Shown: positions 20,901 through 31,691 of the stretch, one piece after another
Numbering within the stretch: the first letter of the stretch is position 1
Layout: every line of letters begins with the position of its first letter
NCBI GenBank assembly: GCA_950097015.1
Contig: CATNEN010000012.1
Coordinates: 2,728,001-2,792,000 of the forward strand
Direction of reading: 5' to 3'
Source: Macrostomum hystrix
Taxonomy: Eukaryota > Animalia > Platyhelminthes
DNA: 64,000 nt
Notes under the pieces: model-generated
Database searches by the model: none
The model's input: the letters and a program-made list of their open reading frames with translations, nothing else
Told to the model about the DNA's origin: nothing
Program-made: the position numbers and the translations under genes

Positions 20901-22914
20901 GTGAAAGAATCAGCTACCGAGATGGTCGAAAGCGTGAAAGAATCAGCTACCGAGATGGTCGAAAGCGTGGAAGAATCAGCCACCGAGATGGTCGAAAGCG
21001 TAGAAGAATCAGCCACCGAGATGGTCGAAAGCGTGAAAGAATCAGCTACCGAGAAGGTCGAAAGCGTGAAAGAATCAGCAACCGAGAAGGTCGAAAGCGT
21101 GAAAGAATCAGCTACCGAGAAGGTCGAAAGCGTGGAAGAATCAGCTACCGAGATGGTCGAAAGCGTGGAAGAATCAGCTACCGAGATGGTCGAAAGCGTG
21201 GAAGAATCAGCAACCGAGAAGGTCGAAAGCGTGAAAGAATCAGCTACCGAGATGGTCGAAAGCGTGGAAGAATCAGCTACCGAGATGGTCGAAACGGTGG
21301 AAGAGGAAGCTACCGAGAAGGTCGACGCTTTGAAAGAAGAAGCTACCGATAAGGTTGTTGCCGGGTCTTCTTACGCTATCGAAGGTGGCTATGATGAAGC
21401 TGAGAACCTTCAAGCGAAGTCTGGCGCGACCGTTAATTTGGACGCAGCTGATGAGCTTTCGGTAGCTGATGAGCTTCTACTTGAGGCAAGAGCGGCTAGC
21501 ACTGAGTCTATCGGAGTTGCCTGATTATCAATTTTACGTTATCCCTGTACTCAACGCTTAATTTTTTTTTTTTAAATTTATTCGTTTTACCTTCAAAATC
21601 GATTATGGCCTGCCATTTTGCACGAGCTGCATGCCGTTCTGCGCTTTGCATTTCGCATTTTCTTAATTCCAGGATTTTATTTAAAATTTGGTGCCATGCC
21701 GGAATAATTTCTCGTTATTCCTCGTTGGTCGCAGCACCTGGCTCGATCTTGGTTTCCTAATTCCTGGCCCTAAGATCGGATTTCTGTCTCGAAATTGTAT
21801 TTTATTGCCTCCATAATTGAAAACATGCGTCATATCATTAAACTGCTCTGGTATTTAATTCATGAGCAGCTTTGACCAGCTGTCAGAACAACTCACTAAT
21901 TTTCAGGTCTTAGATAGAAATCAGCATTTTTTAGAGACATCAAAATTCCTAGTTAGATGACTAACGCATTCAGTTCCGCCAGTTCCCTTTGCAAGTTTAG
22001 GCGATAATTTTCAGGTCTAGGAATTTTTCTGATGCATGGTCACAGTTCATTGCTTGTTAACTAATTATAAACGGTAAACGATGTTAACAGAGCGCTTCCG
22101 GAGTTTTAATGTACTGTAAATGTAAACTTTCTCGCTCCTATACTATCATGCGACTGTATACTCGTAAAATCGCATAATCTTCAACTAGACAACATCATTT
22201 TTCTGCTCATGTCAAACTGAAATTCATTTTTCCATCTGCAAATCTAATCAACAGCAGCAGCAGCAGCAGCCAGCGGCAGACGAGGAGGAAAAGACTGAGG
22301 AGGCCGACAAGGCTGAGCCGGCGGAGGCCGAGGCAGCGGACGCAGCCATTGACCCCAATGACCCGACCAAGAACCTGGCGGCCGCCAAGATTCAGGCCGG
22401 TTTTCGCGGTGAGTCAAAATTATTAGGTGGTGCAGGTGGTGTCTGTAGTAACCATGACGGTGTGCCCGCTCGGTTTCGAACTCTAGGCATGCAAGCGCGC
22501 AAAGAGGTCGCCGAGATGCGCAAGCAACACAAACAAGACACAGCCGCCACCGAAGCCGCCGACGGCGAAGCTGCAGCAGAAGCTGAGCCTGAGGCCGAGC
22601 CTGAAGAAGTGGCTGAGGGTGATGCTGAGGCTGAACCGGAAGCGCGGCCAGAAACCGAGGCAGAGCCTGAGGCTGAACCTGAAGCGGAGTCTAAGCCAGA
22701 GCCTGAAGCTGAGGCTGAGCCTGAAGCTGAGGCTGAGCCTGAAGCTGAGGCTGAGCCTGAAGCTGAGGCTGAGCCTGAAGCTAAGGCTGAGCCTGAAGCT
22801 GAGGCTGAGGCGCCAACTGAATCAGCGGCGGCCGCTGCTGCCCCAGGTGAGGAAGCGGCAGTGGCGACAGACGCAGCGGGTGGCGACGAGGGAGAGGAGC
22901 AGCGCGACGAATAA
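5377..22914 (+). CDS. SPA17: Sperm surface protein Sp17-like RIIa dimerization/docking-domain protein with 10 IQ calmodulin-binding motifs (~752 aa, multi-exon)
   Basis: N-terminus MAVPFSNTKLRVPRGFQSLLEGLAREVLRSQPADIYTFGAMYFEEL matches the Sp17 RIIa domain. Phase-consistent GT-AG exons: 5377-5774, 6738-6774, 8893-9024, 14762-14869, 15046-15783, 18054-18152, 18508-18672, 22255-22408, 22487-22914. Motifs rejoin across introns (EEV|DIDLNDPEV, IQAGFRG|MQARK). Confidence 0.85.
5780..6060. repeat. (CCTG/TCTG)n microsatellite, intronic
   Basis: Tetranucleotide run starting just after the 5775 splice donor. Confidence 0.95.
6840..7205. repeat. 16-bp (AAATCCCTGTCTTCCA) and 17-bp (AAATCCCTAGATTCCTT) minisatellites
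   Basis: Tandem periodicity visible directly. Confidence 0.9.
7270..8845. repeat. 18-bp minisatellite (TCCCTGAAGTGTACTCAT / TCCCTGAAGTGTCCAGAT), roughly 85-90 copies
   Basis: Near-perfect 18-bp period. It generates the FPEVYS/TLQGMS pseudo-ORFs and ends about 45 bp before the 8893 exon. Confidence 0.95.
9065..9470. repeat. ~22-bp minisatellite (GATCTGAGAATAGCTGCTGATC)
   Basis: Tandem copies just after the 9025 donor. Confidence 0.9.
12523..13191 (+). CDS. Putative alternative first coding exon of the Sp17/IQ gene with a GAP-43-like Cys/polybasic N-terminus
   Basis: GCC-ATG with an in-frame upstream stop (12496) and N-terminus MLGCFGRRKKKNK. A phase-0 donor CTG|GTGAGA at 13192 matches the phase-0 acceptor at 14762. 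Unspliced, the ORF ends at 13260. Confidence 0.6.
18968..21524 (+). CDS. Putative alternative terminal exon encoding ~60-65 copies of an acidic 11-aa repeat (ESVEESATEMV), interrupted by two 1-nt deletions
   Basis: Phase-0 acceptor CCCTTAG|CAA at 18968, in frame with the preceding exon. A 33-bp repeat spans ~19240-21330, with unique coding-like sequence on both sides and a stop at 21524. Single bases are missing at ~20740 and ~20772. Confidence 0.6.
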
Positions 22915-24449
22915 GCCGCACACGTCCTCCCCACCGATTTCCTCACTCATCCCTCTCGAGTTTTGCAGTTCCCGCGCCTCACTAACTGAGCACCCTACTA
23001 TGAGTAGTTGACGCTGCTGTGAAAAAACCCTCCCGCTGAAGCACTCACTCCCCTCCATTAAACCCGCTAATTTTGATTCTCTGAGCAGAGACTAGCAGAA
23101 GAGCAAGCACTTGGAAATCTGCCTTGTGTTCACTAAATTTTTGTTGCCTTTTTCATTTATAAGATACGATGGATTTTTTTAGAAGCTAATTTTTTATTGA
23201 TGCTTTTTTTATTTTGGTTTATTAATCAACTAATACAGTCTTCACAAACTAATTAAGTTAATCAGCTTCCGTTGCTGCTTCCGCATAGGAATGGTAGAAA
23301 GGTGATAAAAAATCTAAGGAAATATTAATATTTGCACTCTTGATTTTCCTTAGAAACCCATTTCGCCTGTCTCTGCTTGTCTGCTTTGCTGCTAATAACA
23401 AAATTATTTTTTAGTACGCATATTTACTCTTAAATAAGTCTCCTGGGCTTCTACCGTTAAACATATCCTTCTAAGTAGCTAATTCAAGTTTGACACCAAG
23501 TCCAATCATAGTTGGCGCATATTGACGGCTGTAATTATATGATGTCATTTATTTAACTACTGTTACTGCTGAGTACTAATCCAAAATGCATGAAAACTTG
23601 TTTAAACTTGAAAAAAACGTGTACGCGCGGTAACTGTTATTTTGTTTGTCGTTGTTTTTTTTTGTTTGCGGCTCGTCCTTGCTGTGTTTGATAAGTGCGA
23701 AGTGCTTTTACAGATCTTTTAGATTTAGCTTTAGATTGGCAAAAATTAAAATCTGAACTTAATTAAAAATACAGACTGCGCGATCAATTCTATAACATAG
23801 TTCGATTTTAAAGTAATTAATCTTCGATCACGTAAACACTTCATTGCTACTTCAAGTAATAAAATTAGGACTCGAGAAGCTCTTTATCTAAACCCCTAAT
23901 TAGATGTTTAATGCACCAAATCGAAAACAAACGTTTTGCAGCTTTAAATAGACGAATATAATTTAGCATACGTACGCACAAATATATACTTGTACTTCGC
24001 TTACAACGGCCGAAACTAATTTTGTTTGTTCTAAAAAGCATAATTGAACGTTTTCCAAATGGAAAAATCTAAAAGTATTGACAGAACAGACTCACTCTGC
24101 CAGGAATTATGTCAGACTGCTTTCTATAAGTATGTTTTTAATGCACTGCTTAGACCATTCAACGTTGTCAACTGCACGCTAAAACTATTTAGAAGTCGTT
24201 GTATCGCATGCCACCAATCAAACCTTTGAGATTGCATTGCTGATGTAGTTTCTGAATTAGCTCATAAGTTATTTTAGTTATTTTTCGTTTGTTTTTGTGA
24301 TAGATGAAGATGAAACATAATAAGCATTTTTCGATTGCATTGCCAGCAAACTTCTTCTGCCAACAAAGTTTAACAAGCTTCTACAGGATGTAGATATCTC
24401 CACGAAAATTAATTGATGGCAGGACTATTAGCCTAAGCACAAAACAAAG

Positions 24450-24920
24450 AAGCGTGGAGTGAGGTGGGTGTAGACAAATGTGTGTGGGTGAGGGGAGTGA
24501 AGCCTTATAGGAGTGAAATGAGGTGGGTGTAGACAATTAAGTCCCGAATGGTGTGTGTGCATCTAAATCGTTTTGAAATGAACGAAGCTGTATCCTTATC
24601 GATAATGAGCTTGCTGGTTCCCAACGTCGGGTGGGTAAGGTGAATGCAAATGAGTGCGTGAATTATTGATGAACACCCCTCACCCTCTACGCCCATGTTC
24701 TACACCAAACTTACTCCACAGCACTCGGCTAAGCACCCACCTCCCTCCCTGCTCATTTTTTTCTACACCCTCCTCACTCACTCCTTACTCATTCGGCCCT
24801 CCTGGCTCCACGCCCATTGGCTGCACCCATCTCACTCCACTCTCATTTGGCTGCACCCATCTCACTCCACTCTCATTTAGCTGAACCCTCCTCACTCCAC
24901 TCTCATTTGGCTGCACTGAA
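24450..24920. repeat. Inverted arrays of a 30-bp unit (foldback-like)
   Basis: The left unit AGCGTGGAGTGAGGTGGGTGTAGACAAATG is the reverse complement (26/30) of the right unit CATTTGGCTGCACCCATCTCACTCCACTCT, which is tandemly repeated at ~24810-24920. Confidence 0.7.
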
Positions 24921-24964
24921 ACCCCCCAGGAGGCGTTCAGCTCTCGGCAAGGCAGCGCCAGATC

Positions 24965-26384
24965 ATGTTCAACGCACTGCAAGCCTTCCCAGGCTTTATG
25001 CGCGTGCCGAGCATGAACAGCACCGGCGACCAGCTGGGCCAGAGGAACCTTCGCCGCACAATTCGCTGGTTAAACGAGGCTCGCAGAACCATCGATGTGA
25101 GTAGTCCGGGACTGCCAAGGGTAAAATGGTCACAAATGGCACGATACACTCTGTTTCCAAAACTGTCCTCCAGGACAGCCCCAATGACCAGCAGGCGAAG
25201 AGCAGTCTCACCAACAGGCTCCATCACCTGTTCGACTCGCAAGAAGAGGACGAGGAAGAACCGCGGGAAGAGGAAGAGGAGCCGGAGCAGCTGGACACGC
25301 TTCTCGGTGAGTGAGTCGGTCATCAGTTTCCTGTATAGGTTTGATCACAACTTATCAAAGTTGGGTATTAATTAAGGCAGTGGGTATTTGAAATCTCCCG
25401 GTGGTCTTTCACCAGGGAGGAAAATAGTGTGGTCTTTCTACTGTTAGAGAGACTATCAGTCTATCTATCTATGCCCTGCTGTGATTGGCTTGCCCCTAAT
25501 CATCTTGATCCTTATCTCAGCTCTCTGATTGGTCCACAGCCAATAGTGCTGTGCGTTTTCTTTCTCATATTATTGTGAATTCAGAATCATCAGCTAAATA
25601 CTCACACACTGAAGGTCTAATGGGATCTCTGCTAGAAGAAATGGAGGACAGCGTGGGCGGCGAAATTTTGAACTCAGCTGGCAACCTCATCATGAGCTTC
25701 ATGATGCCCATCCTGGCCAAGAACCTGGCCAAGGAGGTTCAGTATCCGTTTGTATCGTTTCTGGCTAGAGCGGTGAGTCAGCTGATTTGACATTACAAAG
25801 ACCAGGCAATCAAGACCTCAAGCTCTCTCCAAAAAGCCCCTAACAAAATAAATCTACTTTAGCTGCCCGAGTACGCCGAGTCCAGAGCCGGCGAGCTGAC
25901 AGAGGAGGAGCGCAGCCGGTGTCATCGACTGGGCGAACTGTACGCCTCCATGACCGAGATCTACGATGCTGGCGAGGTGGGACCCAACGTCACCATTCAG
26001 CTGCTGAACCTGGCACAGGAGGCCAGCGCGATGGGCCAGCTGCCAGAGGAGATCGAAGACAGGCGGGTGAGAAGCCATAGAATTTGGCTCTGCTGAATTT
26101 TGATTGGCTGACGGGCCCAACCAATCAAAAGGCATCAACCGTGATTATTGTTAACAAATTTGCTTCCCTGATTGGCTGATAAGCTGCTCCAGCCAATCGT
26201 AGTGTCCCCACTGTCGCCTGCACTGTTCCTCCCTTTTGCCTACAATCAACAGAAACAAATTATGGACGAGCAGAGCGAAGTGCTGGAGAATCTCAACCAG
26301 GAGATCGTTGAAGCCTCGGCAAGCGGCCTGATGAACCTGCAGCACATGATCTCTGAGGAGCTGGAGGGCTGCGCAATTCTTTGA
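24965..26384 (+). CDS. PEX19: PEX19-like peroxisomal membrane protein import receptor (~240 aa from this ATG; further 5' exons possible)
   Basis: Exons 24965(24941)-25096, 25174-25306, 25615-25736, 25863-26066 and 26253-26384 are phase-consistent. KNLAKELPEYAESRAGELTEEERSRC and LLNLAQEASAMGQLPEEI align by eye with the Pex19 C-terminal domain (KEITEKYPEWLQSHRESLPPEQFEKY; VLDLMQQLQDLGHPPKEL). The protein ends in the CaaX motif CAIL*. Confidence 0.8.
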
Positions 26385-27069
26385 AAATCGAACCGAATTA
26401 CACTCGCCTGTTGAGGCTCTTCCTCATAATTTTCCTTGAAGTGCAAAATGCACGTTCTTTGCTTTCATTTCTAGACTATTTCCTTAAGTGTCATTTTTCA
26501 AAGTTTTTTTGCAAATCGTTCCTACTCAATGCTTTAAGCAGCTTCAGAAGGCTTTGCTAGTTGAGACAAAAACAATAAATAAATATTATTATGCTCTTTG
26601 ATATTTGCAGAGTTAAAAGTCTAAATTTTTATTCATAATGAGAAATATCTATTTATTTTGTAATGTATATTTATTATAGTTGTAGAACAGAATCTGTCAT
26701 TTGTTATTTACTGTAGCACAAAAAGCAAAAAAATTTGTAGAAGCAACAACAATGAAGAGCATTCCTGCCGGAGGGCAAAGTTATTATGAAAAAAGCACGC
26801 GAGCAGAAAATCAACAGGTTAATTAAAGCAATTGTCTAAAAATAGTTTCTTGTCTCTTAGAAATGTTTATTGCTCTAATATAATAGAGGGCCTCTGCAAC
26901 TCGTACATTTATAAATGGATTGTCAAATAAAAGAAACGATCAAACGCCTTTCCTTAGCACTTTTTTAAGGCTTGACTCATTCTTTCGATAACTAGATCAA
27001 TTTTGAGTTTTGCAAGAACGGTGCCTGCAATATTACAGAGGTACATTTTTCTGTACATTGCTGATTTCG

Positions 27070-27725
27070 ACAATGTTCTATATAAAGCACTGTAAGGTCA
27101 ATCAGCACGAGAAGTTTGCGTGGCTGACTGTACAGTGTTCTATTTTTAGCAATGTAAGGTCAATCAGCACGTGAAGTTTGCGTGGCTGACTGTACAGTGT
27201 TCTATTTTTAGCACTGTAAGGTCAATCAGCACGAGAAGTTTGCGTGGCTGACTGTACAGTGTTCTATTTTTAGCACTGTAAGGTCAATCAGCACGAGAAG
27301 TTTGCGTGGCTGACTGTACAGTGTTCTATTTTTAGCACTGTAAGGTCAATCAGCACGAGAAGTTTGCGTGGCTGACTGTACAGTGTTCTATTTTTAGCAC
27401 TGTAAGGTCAATCAGCACGTGAAGTTTGCGTGGCTGACTGTACAGTGTTCTATTTTTAGCAATGTAAGGTCAATCAGCACGAGAAGTTTGCGTGGCTGAC
27501 TGTATAGTGTTCTATTTTTAGCACTGTAAGGTCAATCAGTACGAGAAGTTTGCGTTGCTGACTTACAGTGATCTATTTTGAGCACTAAAGGGCAATCAGC
27601 ACGTGAAATTTGCGTGACTGACTTACAGTGATCTATTTTGAGCACTAAAGGGCAATCAGCACGTGAAATTTGCGTGACTGACTTACAGTGATCTATTTTG
27701 AGCACTAAAGGGCAATCAGCACCCG
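27070..27725. repeat. 62-bp tandem repeat (8 copies) followed by a 60-bp variant (3 copies)
   Basis: The AAGG anchor recurs at 27094, 27156, 27218, 27280, 27342, 27404, 27466 and 27528, then at 27588, 27648 and 27708. No spacers. Confidence 0.95.
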
Positions 27726-28770
27726 ACTGATTGTACAATGATCTATAAATTAATAGCTTGAAATGTGCAACAATCTTCATAGTAACATGGACTCAATGAT
27801 CTCAATAAATTCTCTAGTATTGCAACAAACAGAAACAGCAACTAAAACATAGGCCATGGTATACGACAGCGCAGTAACAGAACAAAGAGCGAAAAAAACC
27901 TACAGCTACATCAACAAGCAAAATCAACACTGAATAAGCGTATGTGGCAAGGTGATGACAATCTAGAAACTAATCAACATGCGAGTCATGAAAATTTAAA
28001 CAACTGTTGATTAAATTCGATATGAGAATGACCACTCATGCGCGGGTACTCATAGCAGGTGTGCATAAATGACAATAAATTAATGAAAATGTGACTACCT
28101 TATACTAATATTAACAAAATAAACAACTTAAACAAGAAAGCAACAAACTAACGAATGGAGACAGTTTTGTGCACCAGGAAGTACGCAGCTAACAAATAGT
28201 AAATGGAAGTCTGAGACCCTGTCATTAATAAAATAATAATAATAGGTCGTGATTATAGTCAATGGTAGAGCTGACCAAACTGGAAAAATCATTAATATTG
28301 CGCGGAAATATAGCAGAGACAGAAAATGTTGCATTTTGTATTGCGTTAAAAACTATTTGAACAAATATTAGAATACAGTAATAGAAACTTGCTTTGCATA
28401 ATCCCGCTTGCTCAAGACTCAGAATGTGTGGGCGGTAGCTGGGTGAGTAAGAGGGCGAAAAGGCGCTCTCAATACTGCATCTGGTATGATAGCGGATTAG
28501 CGGGATTGCATAGGTTGGCAATGGGAAAGTTGCTTATGGATAACAAGTTGACCGGCGGACAATACTACTTGTACACAATAGTAAATTGTATCAAGGATCA
28601 AGTAGTATTTAAAATAATATTTTTTCTTGTTAGTTTTCTACTAACTCGGCTTTAGGTCTTTAAATAAATAAAAAAACCGAGACAGTACATTTGAATTCAT
28701 GTTAATCCCTCAGATTAAAAGCATAACATTTTAATCCATAATCTGTTCTTACTATTCAGTGAAAATCTAC

Positions 28771-30899
28771 TCAGCGAGCGGCCGGCACCGCCACAGTTGA
28801 AGGATGCGACAGAGACGCTGACAAGTAGGCGGCAGTGACGTCACGAGACGCGGCGCCACCGTCGGCAGTAGAAACAGCCGGATCGTCCGAATAATTGTTA
28901 GCTAGCGGAGCCGCAGCCGAGGCAGATGCTTGGCCGCGAAAATACACGCTTAGCTGGCTTAGCTCGAAGTTCTGCTCGCGGAGAGCGGCCAGATCAATGA
29001 ACCGGCTGGACTCTGGCCCGCCGCCGACCTCGGTGCCAACCGCCTGCTGGCTCAGCGAATGCGACTGGGACAGCTGCTGTTCCAGGCTGCTGAACTGCAG
29101 AATCCGGGCGAGTGGGTGGCTTGCTTTTGAACAGTGGCAAAATTAGTGAATAAGCTGATGATCTGGGCGGGTGAATGAGCTCAAACTGAGCATCTGGGTG
29201 GGTGAGTACACGACTTAAATTATGATCTGAGTGGGTGAATACACGACTCAAACTGAGCATCTGGGTGGGTGAGTACGCGACTTAAACTGAGCATCTGGTT
29301 GGGTGAGTACGCGACTTAAACTGAGCATCTGGGTGGGTGAGTACGCGACTTAAACTGAGCATCTGGGTGGGTGAGTACACGACTCGAATTATGATCTGAG
29401 TGGGTGAATACACGACTCAAACTGAGCATCTGGGTGGGTGAGTACGCGACTTAAACTGAGCATCTGGGTGGGTGAGTACGCGACTTAAACTGAGCATCTG
29501 GGTGGGTGAGTACACGACTCGAATGATGATCTGAGTTGGTGAGTACACGACTTAAACTGAGGAACGATGCAGTTTAAGAGAGCAGAGAGCAGGCTCACAT
29601 CAACATTGGCAGCCGAGCCGCTGCCCATGTGTCCAGTGTGGCGGAAGCCAGTGGGTTCTCCAATAGCGCTCCGATCGATCAAGCGTCTCTGTAGATAGGC
29701 GGCAGAATTAGTTATAATTTATAATACTAATACACTGCCAACTGGGCATACTCACTACAGCTAGACCAGCTTAATTAAATTATGCATGCCAGAGGATTAT
29801 CAGCCTCCGAATAATCTTCACTACTACGGCTAATCAAACCGCCTCTTGTACTTTTTTAACGCTTGTCTGCACTCATCTTCATTGCTCTCCCTGGCTGTCA
29901 GAATGTTATTTTCAAGTGAATTTCACGCCTAAGTCGATGAGCTGCTTCACAACTATATAAGTATGTCTTACTAACGCCTTAATCATAGTCACTGCTCTAA
30001 CTTCTTTGCAAAACTCTTCATTGACAATTTATTAAATATTTTCCCTGCCTTCCGCTCTTCTGATCACTCTCTCCTGCCTTGATTGTCACACCCTTCCGCT
30101 CTTCTGATCACTCTATCCTGCCTTGACTGTCACACCCTTCCGCTCTTCTGATCACTCTATCCTGCCTTGATTGTCACACCCTTCCACTCTTCTGATCACT
30201 CTATCCTGCCTTGATTGTCACACCCTTCCGCTCTTCTGATCACTCTATCCTGCCTTGATTGTCACACCCTTCCGCTCTTCTGATCACTCTATCCTGCCTT
30301 GATTGTCACACCCTTCCGCTCTTCTGATCACTCTATCCTGCCTTGACTGTCACACCCTTCCGCTCTTCTGATCACTCTATCCTGCCTTGATTGTCACACC
30401 CTTCCGCTCTTCTGATCACTCTATCCTGCCTTGACTGTCACACCCTTCCGCTCTTCTGATCACTCTATCCTGCCTTGACTGTCACACCCTTCCGCTCTTC
30501 TGATCACTCTTTCCTGCCTTGATTGTCACACCCTTCCGCTCTTCTGATCACTCTATCCTGCCTTGACTGTCACACCCTTCCGCTCTTCTGATCACTCTAT
30601 CCTGCCTTGATTGTCACACCCTTTCACTCTTCTGATCACTCTATCCTGCCTTGATTGTCACACCCTTCCACTCTTCTGATCACTCTATCCTGCCTTGATT
30701 GTCTTGAATCCAATTTTCTTGTTTTAATTGTAACTCTATCAATCTGTGCTATCCTATCTAGTTTTCTCTGTTTACTCAAATAAATATTTAATTTGTCAAC
30801 AACACAGCAGAAGGGCTAGCTTACCTGATTTGAAACATTGTCCCGATTGCCAAAACAAGAAAGAAAGTCAATAGTTAACACGCGCCACCTGTTGGACAT
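28771..30899 (-). CDS. CDC42SE: CDC42 small effector (SPEC/CDC42SE)-like CRIB protein, 162 aa
   Basis: Exons complement(30825-30899, 29599-29688, 28771-29094), all phase 0. MSNRWRVLTIDFLSCFG...RRLIDRSAIGEPTGFRHTGHMGSG...FSSLEQQLSQS matches the SPEC pattern RRRIDRSMIGEPxNFVHxxHxGSG...VSSIQNQMQSK. Confidence 0.88.
29150..29545. repeat. 34-bp intronic minisatellite (ACGCGACTTAAACTGAGCATCTGGGTGGGTGAGT)
   Basis: 34-bp period, lying in CDC42SE intron 2. Confidence 0.9.
30045..30705. repeat. 44-bp intronic minisatellite, ~15 copies
   Basis: Unit CACACCCTTCCGCTCTTCTGATCACTCTATCCTGCCTTGATTGT, period 44. Confidence 0.95.
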
Positions 30900-31691
30900 T
30901 GGTGCACTAGTTGGTAGCAAAAGCAGTCTTATTACTGCTGCTAATTTCTTAGCTGCAATAATAACAAAAAGTGAATGAAAATCAAGTAAAAAAGTAGCCT
31001 GAAATATCTGCAATAGCTGCAACAAATAACAAATGGAATGTTTAATTCTATTTAAAGAGCATAAATGATTGCTGTTGTCATTGTTAACCCTAAGGTTATT
31101 GATCAGAGTTCCCACCTGCCTGCCACAGCTATTCTGCCTATCAAGTGCATCCAACTGCACCATTGATCCAATGTCCACTAGGACTGCCAGCTATTCTACA
31201 GCAAGGCTGAGCTGCTTGTATTCAGGGTCTTAGTGAAAAATATTCAATTTCAGATTTCATGCTAATTTATTGCTTTCTAAACAAACAAAAGTAACAAATA
31301 ATAATGACACAGATATCAAATTATTGTTGTCTAATAACTGCTATAGACTTTTACCTCAGCCTTATTGGAATTTTTGCATGAAGTTCATAGGCACATGCTA
31401 GGAACTATAAAATTTTGGCTCAAAAGAGTACCATGCCAAACAAACAACATCTTTAGCCTGTTCATTCATATAGGAAAAAATGACATTATGGCTTGTGCCA
31501 TGTCACACAAAGTCATGCTATTGAATTGACTGCTCTGTATCAAGCAGAGTTTTCAAAACCACACTAAGCATGTGTCCACAAAAAATATAATTTTATCCAA
31601 TAGGATACCTTAGCCAAAACTTAAGCTGAACTTGAGCTAAGTGAAAACAGGAAAAACAGAAGCAAAAAACTTGTTATATTAAAAAGGAAGT

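Noticed and set aside
19072-21016. Minus-strand VADSSTLSTIS ORFs
   Set aside because: Antisense shadow of the 33-bp coding repeat; the plus frame has the compatible acceptor and unique flanks.
27070-27725. 62-bp repeat array as a CRISPR
   Set aside because: Units are contiguous with no unique spacers, there are no cas genes, and the context is eukaryotic.
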